A stretch of DNA of 63,408 nucleotides, the filler included, from Corallochytrium limacisporum Hawaii (lineage: Eukaryota; Protista; Pluriformea), in NCBI GenBank assembly GCA_002811645.1. It is 4 parts of 4 records of this genome, joined end to end, with 100 filler letters (N's around TTAATTAATTAA, not from the genome) between each part and the next. Parts side by side here need not be neighbours in the genome. Positions count along the whole stretch, not along the records: positions 40,906 to 61,104 come from PDIP01000067.1; positions 61,205 to 63,408 come from PDIP01000076.1; 2 more parts are not named here. One strand, given 5' to 3'. How positions within the stretch are numbered: the stretch's first letter is position 1; every line of letters starts with the position of its first letter. This document shows positions 54,701 through 63,364 of this stretch, one piece after another. The notes under the pieces are model-generated. The model ran no database searches. It was not told where the DNA came from and saw nothing but the letters and a program-made list of their open reading frames with translations. The translations under genes and the position numbers were made by a program.

Positions 54701-57700
54701 GCTGGCAGCCTTATCGTCACTATCCACCTTGGCAGCTGGTACTGTTGTTGGAGATGTTTCCTTAGGTTCTTCGTGCTCCTTCGATTGGTCAACGTCTTTG
54801 TCCAAGGGCTGCATCTCCATGCCCCGCTCCAGATCGCCCGTCGACGAGACGGCTTCGCGGCTGCGACTCCGGGAGATGCTATCCGAATCGACTCCGTGAG
54901 CACTGGAGCCGAGCATGCTGCGGTCGTAGTTGTCCATGCTTGGTGCCATGAGTTTGGGAGCCACCTCATTTGGTTCAGGATGGCTGAAGTCATCTTCAAA
55001 TTCAGGCTCTTCAACAATAGGAACATCCCATCCACTGTGACTGGGCACGACGGACGCCCGATTGATGGTTGCGATGGATGCGCTGGCACTGTATTCATCT
55101 ACAGTGCTGAAAGAAGCGCCACGAGATCCGGCCGCCGAAGGGCCAGCAGATCCTCCACTGCTTTCACTAGGTGCCGCGAACGTACCCAGGCGCTGGGGTG
55201 CGAAGCCAAGGCCAGAACGCACTGCGTCAATGAGCCCACCCATCATGCCTTCCATACCGTCCAGGGTGGGCGCCTGTAGGCCAAACAACCCATCACCCTC
55301 TGCATCCGGCACCAATAGTTCTTCACTACTGGCGTAAGTGACCGTACGCATGCGCTGTCCTCGGTCGTTTTTCCCGGTTGCAACTCGCATCAAAACGTCA
55401 GGATCGTACCCCGATGCCTGGGCAGTGTTCACCAAAGACATGCTCGTTAGCTTGCGCAGGTCCTGCAACCGGGGTTCCTCACTTCTTTGAGATTGAGTGG
55501 CCTCCATAAACATGTCCAGAATATGTAGAGTGCTTTCGTGCGCATCAAGCGGTCCAGGATCTGCATAGGATGCAGGTACTAGCGCTGCCAGGATAAACAA
55601 CAGGTCCTGCAATTGGAGAACGTGAGCGTCATCGTCCTCGTCATCTTCATCCGGGACGTCAGCATACTGTCCTGCGTAGTTGGGATCGTCTTCGGTCAAG
55701 TAGCGTTCGTACAAGTCTGTCATGTGGCTGAACACTTGCAAGAAATCACAAGGCTGCGGCAATTCTTCCTTCGGTCTAGCCAGCATGGCCCTTACTGCCG
55801 GAGAGTCGTGAACCGCGAACGGGAGGTCACTGTTTCCCGTGGCGTTGAGTCGGTCTGCTGAATAAATATCTTCGGCCATGATCAAGTGCTCATGTTGAGG
55901 ATAGGTCAACCATTTGTTACGAGTGTCTAGCTGCGCAGATTGCAAATATCCAGAAAGACCTCCTTTTTGACACCACCACCCAGATCCAAACATGGCCGCC
56001 AGCACCGCACTGAGCGCACCCGCATTGGCCATCGGCCACGAGGCTGCAATGCCAATGCGATTCAAAATGCGCACCCAACGACGCTGAGACTGTGGGAGTT
56101 GCTGCAGGACTTGCCTGGATTCCTGGACACCGTATCGGTCAGTGATTAGGCGCGGCTGCCCGCCAGGCTGTTCCGATCCGTGCGCGGCCTCGGTGCTAGC
56201 TGCGGCCGTCAAATCTCCCAAGGAGTGTCTGTTCGAATCGTGCCGTGTGCGCGTGAGTCGTGGTCCAGGAACGTGACGGTGGGACTGATTCCGTCGCTGG
56301 GCAACTTTGATTCCTCGTCGTGTGAGAGCAAGCGAATGTGTGGATCCTGTCGGGGCCAGCTGCGCAAAGTCCTTCATCAGCTGAGCAGACAGGTAGGTGG
56401 TCGATGATACAGGCTTCCGTGGAAGCCACGCGCTCAGCCACGGTTCCATCATGTCATTTTCGTTCATGCTCGAAATAGTGGGTACCCTCAGAGAACTCAC
56501 ACCGAGGCTTGAGCCATGTTTTTGCTGCCGACCAAGGCCTTCCATTTCCTTCAGAGCCATCAAAGCTTTATAGGGATCTGGTGCTTGATCTCCTATTGGG
56601 TACGGTTGTTGTTTGCGCTCCTCATCGGCTAGAGCCTGTAAATCTTGGGCCAGGTATTCCTCGTCCTGAGGCCAAACGCCTTCTGAAATACGCTTCTCCA
56701 GGACCAGCTCGGGCGTATCATTCATGATTGCGTCTGCAAGTTGGCGATCCATGTCATAGAGGACTTCAAAGAGAGACCCATTGATTGCTGTCCATAAGCG
56801 CGCTTCTCTCGGATTCACATCAAACAAGGCACACACCCTTCCGGCAACCTCTCTTAATTGGGCTGCTCGTGAGAAAGGGACTTTTCTTTTGGCATCCATG
56901 GCAGAACTCAGAGCAATCGATGCTTGGATGCCATATATTTCGAGTATCAGCCCTTTTCCTGCGTCGCGCACAATCCGACGTCGCACTGTTGCCTCTTCTG
57001 TCCGCGCCCGCAGTGCTCGCCAGGCCTTTTCCGTGAAGAGTACATAGTCAATTCCCATCTTCAATCGGGGCCGCAGGTTCGGCTTCAGCCACACTTCGGT
57101 AGAATTTGTCTCTTCCAATAGGCCAGGCGCAGACTGATTGTCACCTTCCTCTCGTTCCTCTAATCCCGCTAGTTCTACCGCAATGTGATCGTCACTGACG
57201 ACGTTAATGGTCTCGTGGCGCAGCTGCCGAGCTAATGACGTTGCCGACCGTGCTCCTTCGCTATAGCTTCCTCCGTGATGGTGACTACCGTGCCGTGAGA
57301 CTCCGCTACGAGCCAGAAGATCACTATTGTTCAGAGGTCTCATCCGAGAGTCAACATTTGTGGGGATGGTATCCGCAATCGATGTGGCAGTCCCATGCCC
57401 GGACCGGAGTCCTTCTCCTTGTGTGGCCGATTCGGTTGTGCTGCTCTGCTGTAACTGTGGGTGGCCATGGCTGTGATGCCCCTGATGTCCATGGTGAGAG
57501 TGGTCGTGAAGTCTACCGGACGGTGCCCGCACAAGTCCACCTTGGCCTCTTTGTTTACGGTGGGATGAAGCCCTGTGTAAATTTGAGCCTCCTGAGCTCG
57601 TCACTCCGCTCTCATGGTTCGGTCCCGAGTGAGTACCATAGTGCGCTGCCAGCGAGGGACCGTGAGCCTCCGTACTGCGAACACCCAGATTATGACCCTC

Positions 57701-58075
57701 TTGTGACCCAACACTTGTATCATGCAGATCCCGCAAAGATAATGGTTCCGATGCCTGGTCTTCAAACTCGTCCGGTTTCGCCAATACAAATTGCATACTA
57801 CAACACACGTCTCCGTCACCAACCATTACCTCCTGGCCCGCGTCCGGAGTCTTTAACTGTACTGACGACATGGATGTCATGCAGTTAACATCAGGTGACA
57901 AAACAGGCAGCTTCACGATCACAGGCTCGCCAGCACGACCAAGTTCATATACCAACCATTGTTCCCACCACTGTCGCGAGACAACGTACAATACGTCACC
58001 TTCGCAAAGTACGCGCCCTTCCATTTCGTGCAGGGCCTCGAGCACTGGATAGACAGGAAATTTGATTGGATCCAT
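51725..58075 (-). CDS. USP4/11/15-like protein (DUSP, UBL, split USP domain), apparently catalytically inactive
   Basis: 2116 aa; YVVSRQWWEQW and LKPNL..GIDYVLF..AW DUSP pieces; UBL (ARLW..ELVLE..GVWP); CAKC and CTAC Zn knuckles; LPQQLLISLQRF; degenerate His box. Confidence 0.72.
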   Translation of the reverse strand: MDPIKFPVYPVLEALHEMEGRVLCEGDVLYVVSRQWWEQWLVYELGRAGEPVIVKLPVLSPDVNCMTSMSSVQLKTPDAGQEVMVGDGDVCCSMQFVLAKPDEFEDQASEPLSLRDLHDTSVGSQEGHNLGVRSTEAHGPSLAAHYGTHSGPNHESGVTSSGGSNLHRASSHRKQRGQGGLVRAPSGRLHDHSHHGHQGHHSHGHPQLQQSSTTESATQGEGLRSGHGTATSIADTIPTNVDSRMRPLNNSDLLARSGVSRHGSHHHGGSYSEGARSATSLARQLRHETINVVSDDHIAVELAGLEEREEGDNQSAPGLLEETNSTEVWLKPNLRPRLKMGIDYVLFTEKAWRALRARTEEATVRRRIVRDAGKGLILEIYGIQASIALSSAMDAKRKVPFSRAAQLREVAGRVCALFDVNPREARLWTAINGSLFEVLYDMDRQLADAIMNDTPELVLEKRISEGVWPQDEEYLAQDLQALADEERKQQPYPIGDQAPDPYKALMALKEMEGLGRQQKHGSSLGVSSLRVPTISSMNENDMMEPWLSAWLPRKPVSSTTYLSAQLMKDFAQLAPTGSTHSLALTRRGIKVAQRRNQSHRHVPGPRLTRTRHDSNRHSLGDLTAAASTEAAHGSEQPGGQPRLITDRYGVQESRQVLQQLPQSQRRWVRILNRIGIAASWPMANAGALSAVLAAMFGSGWWCQKGGLSGYLQSAQLDTRNKWLTYPQHEHLIMAEDIYSADRLNATGNSDLPFAVHDSPAVRAMLARPKEELPQPCDFLQVFSHMTDLYERYLTEDDPNYAGQYADVPDEDDEDDDAHVLQLQDLLFILAALVPASYADPGPLDAHESTLHILDMFMEATQSQRSEEPRLQDLRKLTSMSLVNTAQASGYDPDVLMRVATGKNDRGQRMRTVTYASSEELLVPDAEGDGLFGLQAPTLDGMEGMMGGLIDAVRSGLGFAPQRLGTFAAPSESSGGSAGPSAAGSRGASFSTVDEYSASASIATINRASVVPSHSGWDVPIVEEPEFEDDFSHPEPNEVAPKLMAPSMDNYDRSMLGSSAHGVDSDSISRSRSREAVSSTGDLERGMEMQPLDKDVDQSKEHEEPKETSPTTVPAAKVDSDDKAASNDGKAPDMPNLRAGNSFVTHSPTGALKIALPIGISYNIAGMNTQGVRDLADAVWREFVRLKANPLTERYMAQLCHRSICAKCGDARAEFQPTVGLNLTIPNLTLEKLVVLVFYRDPATLWAPEELVVTVPQQTTILHLKEAVHEVSGLATARQQVSLLRGSTFAWVEGSFILKDHCPLEVAGHNASFCVFEYETPSKDHLHPHRDAGRRPVNMQEARQALGMDARPEQLIPVFHARASDAFTDHDSYWGLPGMLVMDDADTTMEKLRQDVEDYFSGFRVLCQQHRDRDINVDAAASGGGHQVGATGATSWSTNKGSMLASAQCRHAGQAVGTQVRFKKKRGRGGGAARSGSPSRRGERSRRRSKNTSQRQGDARLSTSSGHRGTGQGNFYGHHRRSSVASSEGGYSETSTVRSPSVQSDGSQNRSGSALYRLRKPRTAPDETQATCTMHVRTFAAGDAEAPMEMRPTLEKMDREDLQQAGFHIIVRWPDRFTECQACYTGRCIVERKHKMAQEQAQEEVLKSRWKQKMFHRFGARKGRVALDGHKGRAARVLRREKHAPVAGMVPESSRRGAVTPSTVDIGGAGVLPPVPMPLMEDIDEELLMSGNSEAIRTPATESRPNHQQLDSDWSRRASIGLLRNTGGEPDSEKAASAAPGRQRLLRQAFGTSALPAPLSSEGGARSTAGGRETGSGGVADPDHPLRTQSASITGKGQASVPEVTEFTGFGPTGRTSFIYSTVTPGGRLSPGPADPLDMEQNLVCGLGDCLAVLLQAHHLAEARCTACGETGGITTATSIVRLPQQLLISLQRFDPQFMRQSDLGLLFDPDDIDLTYMIEKISGDSAVGVVSSFASHENDRMMPGGSGAQLLGAASQRNSSGGGAHHQRRSNRTSSMAPGQCQSSGRYRLAAMVNYSGPPGSGEHRTILRNPWENNQWATLTRDGFALVDLDEELPSEDCYLLYLENLDEEDELEFVVPSSHPRHVREPAARDIRIV

Positions 58076-58866
58076 CGTGTTTTTATTTCGCTCTAACCCT
58101 ATGTGGTTCGAAATATTCTAATTTTTGAACTCAATGGAGTCACGTAAACCATATTCTATTTGATATCCATCTTTCTGATTCAACAGTGTACAACTAGACC
58201 CGAGCTCGGGTCCCAAGTCGCTTCTCTTCTGTAGAAAGGACAAACCCTTGAAGTCGTAGGACCACATGCTTTGTTTGCTCGCGGACGAAAATGACTGGAT
58301 CTGTTCAAATATGTAGACAAGACAATTCAGGGAAATACCCTAGGGGCGCACCGCTTCCGAGTCTCCGACCCGTCCTCCCGCCTAAACGAAGCCATTGGCT
58401 GGCTTGGGGTACGCGCCCTCGCCTCGGTCAGGGAAACAGTCCCCTCTCCCTCGGGCCCGGCAGGGGGGGGGGGGGGGGGGGGAGAGAGAGGAGAGTACTT
58501 CAAAGACGGACGACCCTCACAGCGTCTTTTCCCGTACGGACCGGCGGAAAAATTGCGGCCCCAGAATTGACGGGTCCGCGGGCGGGTCCGCTCGGTATTG
58601 AGGCGCAAGCGGGAATCGCCAAGAAAATTGTAAGTTTGGAAACGAAGGTGGCACAATTCCGATGTTGACGTATTTCAGTGCTCTGGCCGGAGATTTCTTA
58701 TGGTGATGGTAATCAAGAATGATGGCCTTGGAGAACAGCTAACTGTAGCCAATACCTGCCAGACAAATCCAGAAGTTGACAGTGTTGTACGCAATCAATA
58801 GGAATGTAGATGACGTAGGCGGCTGATATCACAATCGTTTAGAAGTCGAGAAGGCAGTGCCAGACA

Positions 58867-60897
58867 ATGTCTTCGGAACCGTTGAGGCACATTGTGCCAA
58901 CCTTAATGATCCGACCAGATTTTTTCCGCGCTTTGTCACAATTAAAACTAGAGGTTGACAGACTGGAAGAGACGGAACGAGAGATCTTTGGCACTGTTCA
59001 GCTAGGATTACCTGACACGACACTGGCCCGTGTACGCCTCGACAACCTTGCATTCGAAGAAGGCGATAAAGAAACCACAGGGCCATCAGATCCTCGCAAT
59101 GTTGTACTGCATGGCACGGTACTGAACCTCAACACCATCGAAGAGTTCAAACGGAGGGTGTTGAACGCTCAGACCATCATAGACTCGCAGGGTGCAGTAC
59201 TCTGGGACGATTTGCTGAAGAATCCAGGAGAGCCTGGAAATTGTTGGGATGACCCATCACGGCTCGGGCGGTTCCACATACTGTGCCATGCCAACATTAA
59301 GAAGCACAAGTACACTCATCTCGGCTTCTTTCCGGTTGTCAGCGCACAGCATACATGTCGCCTGGTCGATGCTCTCCCATCCGTGAGCACTATGTGGCTT
59401 GAGAAGCGCAATGGTAGTGATCAAAACCGACAGTGCATCTATGCCATCCATCCCGGTACCTCAGAAGAACCACTGCGGTTGCAAACACTGGCAGAGTGGC
59501 GGCTAGAAAATGCATTTCTAAAAGACCGTGCAGATCTCAGATTCGTTTATGGTGACTACGGTGGGGGGAACACAGCAGTACCAATTGTCATAAGAAATTT
59601 CCTGGCAATGCTCCATGTCCATATGGCATCCACGGAGCCGCTCACTGTGACAATCTATGGTGTTGCTAGTGACGGGACGGTGGCGGGCCGTCACGTGACA
59701 GTAGCTACACTTCCTCGTACGCCAGTGGGTGATGACGGCAAAGCTCCAGTTAAGATCACTGGTGTAGAGAAAAACGAAAAAGGTCTGATCAATCTGCGCA
59801 CTGTTGACCTGTCGAGCGTCATGGATGCAACGCAACTGGCCAAGAGCGCGGCTGAACTGAATTTACGGCTGATGCGTTGGCGACTCTATCCGGACCTTGC
59901 CTTGGAGAAGCTTGCGGGTTGTAAGTGTCTGCTTGTCGGCTCCGGCACCCTGGGTTGCAACATTGCGCGGAATCTGATCGGATGGGGTGTTACCCACGTG
60001 ACTCTCATCGACAACGGCAAGGTATCCTTCTCGAACCCAGTCCGTCAGAGTCTTTTCACCCATGACGATGCTGTGAAGGGCAAGGCCAAGGCCGAAGCGG
60101 CTGCGGACCGTCTGCGCGAAATTCTTCCAACTTTGAACAGTGTGGGCCACACTCTTGCGATTCCCATGCCGGGACATGGTAGATTCGATCCGGCCGAACA
60201 GCCACCCCGCGAATTGGACGCAATGCGCAAATTCGACGATCTGGTCGCATCACATGATGTCATCTTCCTGCTCACCGACAGCCGAGAGAGCCGATGGTTA
60301 CCCACAGTCGCCGCCACGCACCACAACAAACTCTGCATTACTGCAGCCATGGGCTTTGAATCCTTCCTGGTTATGCGCCACGGAGTCCGCAAGCATGACA
60401 GCGACGAGCAGCAGAACCTCGGTTGCTACTTCTGCAGCGAAGTGGTCGCGCCCACGGATTCTGTCTCCGACCGCAGCCTCGACCAACAGTGTACCGTCTC
60501 CCGACCTGGATTATCGCAGCTGGCCGCATCGCTTGCTGTGGAACTCTGGGCGAGCGTCTGGACGCATCCACAGAATGGCCTGGCCCCGGCCAATGATGAC
60601 GGAGGTCAACTAAGCCGGGTCCCACACCAATTGCGTGGCCGTCTTGGCGACTTCAGTACAGCCATGATTCATGGTGAGGCGAATCCAATGTGTGTCGCTT
60701 GTAGCCCAAAGATTCGGGATGTCTATGCGAGGGAAGGTCTGCAACGAGACGAACTTCTTATTGAAGTTCTGGCGGACTCTTCTTACCTGGAGTCGTTGTC
60801 TGGCATAAGCACTCTCCACGCCAGCGCTGCGGATCTCGACTGGGTGGATGACGGCGACGATGACGATTTTGGTACCACCCTCTGTCTGGTATGTTAG
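58867..60897 (+). CDS. ATG7: Autophagy E1-like enzyme ATG7
   Basis: NLNTIEEFK, LNLRLMRWRL, LVGSGTLGC, VSFSNPVRQSL, IPMPGH, LLTDSRESRWLP, LGCYFC, DRSLDQQCTVSRPG (catalytic Cys), VPHQLRG. Confidence 0.97.
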   Translation: MSSEPLRHIVPTLMIRPDFFRALSQLKLEVDRLEETEREIFGTVQLGLPDTTLARVRLDNLAFEEGDKETTGPSDPRNVVLHGTVLNLNTIEEFKRRVLNAQTIIDSQGAVLWDDLLKNPGEPGNCWDDPSRLGRFHILCHANIKKHKYTHLGFFPVVSAQHTCRLVDALPSVSTMWLEKRNGSDQNRQCIYAIHPGTSEEPLRLQTLAEWRLENAFLKDRADLRFVYGDYGGGNTAVPIVIRNFLAMLHVHMASTEPLTVTIYGVASDGTVAGRHVTVATLPRTPVGDDGKAPVKITGVEKNEKGLINLRTVDLSSVMDATQLAKSAAELNLRLMRWRLYPDLALEKLAGCKCLLVGSGTLGCNIARNLIGWGVTHVTLIDNGKVSFSNPVRQSLFTHDDAVKGKAKAEAAADRLREILPTLNSVGHTLAIPMPGHGRFDPAEQPPRELDAMRKFDDLVASHDVIFLLTDSRESRWLPTVAATHHNKLCITAAMGFESFLVMRHGVRKHDSDEQQNLGCYFCSEVVAPTDSVSDRSLDQQCTVSRPGLSQLAASLAVELWASVWTHPQNGLAPANDDGGQLSRVPHQLRGRLGDFSTAMIHGEANPMCVACSPKIRDVYAREGLQRDELLIEVLADSSYLESLSGISTLHASAADLDWVDDGDDDDFGTTLCLVC

Positions 60898-61104
60898 GGT
60901 CAAAACTCCGAAAAATTTGACTCCCGAGGATCTTTTTTAATCTTGATTGTATAATAACTTATATTGATTCCATTCTATTTCATTATATTTTGCTCTTTTT
61001 AACAATCATAAAAAAATATTTCAATAGCTGATTCAAACGAAGAGTCCCTGCTACTCTCAAAAAAGGACTATTTTGACTTTGGCTTGACATTGAACACATC
61101 GTAG
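60873..61104 (+). mobile_element. Terminus of the TA-flanked DNA transposon, overlapping the 3' end of ATG7 and running into a gap
   Basis: TA|CCACCCTCTGTCTGG; 80/83 identical to the inverted copy at 1-83; AT-rich interior. Confidence 0.8.
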
Positions 61105-61239
61105 NNNNNNNNNNNNNNNNNNNNNNNNNNNNNNNNNNNNNNNNNNNNTTAATTAATTAANNNNNNNNNNNNNNNNNNNNNNNNNNNNNNNNNNNNNNNN
61201 NNNNGTTGGCGCGAATTTCTCCCTCCCTCCTTATTCCGG

Positions 61240-61285
61240 TTGATTAAATGTGATTTGGAGCAATATTTCGCCGCAGAGGATAGTA
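61240..61285 (-). mobile_element. Diverged terminus of the same transposon group on the right side of the gap
   Basis: Reverse complement TA|CTATCCTCTG-CGGCGAAATATTG-CTCCAAATC aligns with TA|CCACCCTCTG-TCTGGGAATATTG-TATCAAATC at 24803. Confidence 0.5.
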
Positions 61286-61965
61286 CTAAATTTGTCGGTC
61301 ACCCTGTGGAACAGACTGCTTGGTCATTGTTAGTCCAATACACCGTTCGGTGTGCCCCATCAAAAATAGCAGTATCATACCTGGAGAGTGCAATGGTCCC
61401 TTCGCACGAACATCAGCAAAAGCCGTCGGGTAGCCTTTGCAATAGTGAAGACAGACCCAGCAACTTGCATTCCTAGGGCTCAAAATCTTAGGGAGGCCCG
61501 TCCAGGACGTCTGTGGTTGTTTTCGTATGATTGCGCATTGATAACATATGTCAACAAAGGTGTAACTTCCGATTGACATTCTACGTGGGAGGTCTCCATG
61601 GTGCTACGCTTCCGATCTTCGGAGTTGAAGGTCAGTTCGACCAACTCCTCCTCGTATCGTGACACAAGGGTTGAGTGCATGGACGTAGGAGACGAAGGCA
61701 AGAGGCGCCCACGCAGAATGCGTACCATTGAGTTTGTCTACTCCCCGAAAACATGAATGCGTTTTACGCAAGCTGGCTGATGGGAAGCACAATGAAAGCC
61801 GTGTTTGGTGTGGCCATTGTCCTGCAGTATTCCCTCCTCACTGCAACCCAAAGCTGCCCGACACGCCTGCGTAAATTTGGAAAATACCTTATTGTGTCGC
61901 ACTCATGAGAATTTTTCAAGGCGCGGTCTCTCGGATTTCCGCTATACCCCCTGGCGAAAAACTGA

Positions 61966-62119
61966 AGGCAGTGGAATGCACGCGCCCACCGCCATCAGGG
62001 TTATTACTGAAAATTTCGTTCGTGGTCTTGTAGGTTGGGTAGGCAGTCGAATGCACGCGACCACCGCCCTCAGGGTTATTACTGAAAATTTCGTTCGTGG
62101 TCTTGTAGGTTGGGTAGGC
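61966..62119. repeat. 75-bp tandem duplication (2 copies)
   Basis: Units start at 61966 and 62041 and differ at about 3 positions. Confidence 0.9.
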
Positions 62120-62592
62120 GGCCACCCTCCTCGATTGCGCTGCGCTGGGTTGCTGCAATCACATGAAAGGATCATAGCGATCAAGGCGGTCACCAATTGG
62201 AACCATTATAACTCCGTACCGCTGGTCCGTGGCAGCGCTGGAAGGGGAGAGATAAGTGGCCCCAATATACATCATTCCCACTCCTTCCCCATTCAATTGC
62301 CACCGCGCACGCAAACGTTCCGAGCCCCTACCATGGCGAAAGACAAATGTTTTGATGACCGTATGGAACCTTCTTTAAAGTCTTTCATTTGTTCCAACGA
62401 AGACATTTTCGTAGCACTACCTGTCACCACACCGACATATAAGAGAATGTACCCGCGGCGCAATGTCATCCCCGCTCCGTAGGCGCCAAGGTATTTAAGA
62501 AATGTGATCCGCACAGATCCATTAACGGTGACAACTTAGACTACCACATAAAATCTAAAGTATTACCGCCGAATAACAGCATAAAAATAATC

Positions 62593-63249
62593 ATGAAGAG
62601 TGTTTTCGCAATCGCTACTCTTGCCATTGTCTCCAGCGTCAGTGCTGCGGCCGCGACTGGGCAGTGCGTTGCCGAGTGGGGTGAATGCAATGGTACGGTG
62701 GACAACTGCTGCCTTGGAACCTACTGTGCAAAAGCTAATCTGACTGACAAGTCCACGAAGTGCATTCCGTATGTTCCAGAAGGAGAAGTTTGCTCTACTG
62801 ATGGTAAGTTCCAGGACTGGATTTGTGCCGACTACATGCAGTGCATCAATAACGTGAATGGAACTGAGGGCACCTGCCAGGAAGCTTCGGCTGGACAATT
62901 TTACTGTGGTTTTGACTCCCGCGCGGATGCAGGCTACAACCTGGTGCATTACAACGCCTATTGCGACGCAGAAAAGCAGTACTGCGGCATCAATGCCAAT
63001 TCTAGGATGCCAGAATGCTATGAGGGTAAGTGCATTGAGGACTGGCAACCAGGCTGCCAGTCTGATGCTGAATGCTGCAATGATAACTACTACTGCGGAA
63101 TTGCAGATGTAGGTGGTAAAGAATTGTCTTGCATTGTCTATGTTCCAGAGGGTGGTATTTGCCACATTCCTGAGCATCAGCAATCCTGGAAGTGTGAGGC
63201 TGGTACCGCTTGCCTGCTAACACAGGGTGTCTACAGATGTCTCGCTTAA
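62593..63249 (+). CDS. Secreted cysteine-rich protein with an internal duplication, subtelomeric
   Basis: 218 aa; signal peptide MKSVFAIATLAIVSSVSA; two similar modules C...W..C....CC...YC..CI.YVPEG..C.....W.C....C. Confidence 0.82.
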   Translation: MKSVFAIATLAIVSSVSAAAATGQCVAEWGECNGTVDNCCLGTYCAKANLTDKSTKCIPYVPEGEVCSTDGKFQDWICADYMQCINNVNGTEGTCQEASAGQFYCGFDSRADAGYNLVHYNAYCDAEKQYCGINANSRMPECYEGKCIEDWQPGCQSDAECCNDNYYCGIADVGGKELSCIVYVPEGGICHIPEHQQSWKCEAGTACLLTQGVYRCLA

Positions 63250-63364
63250 GAGCTATACAGAGTCATCGCAAAGGCGCGCGGCCCACCTCTCCCCCCCACT
63301 CGTTAAGAACTTCTCTGGCAAAATCTCAATCTAATATATTCTGGTTTGAAATTCAGCGATCCGC

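Noticed and set aside
1-60955. 83-bp inverted repeat bracketing about 61 kb as one giant element
   Set aside because: The TA and TIR tips face inward, so these are the ends of two separate elements extending outward; the enclosed genes are housekeeping genes
60873-61285. Treating 60875-61283 as one intact insertion with its original flanks
   Set aside because: The right TIR differs from the left, a linker gap intervenes, and the reconstructed empty site would extend ATG7 by about 60 unrelated codons; probably two different copies
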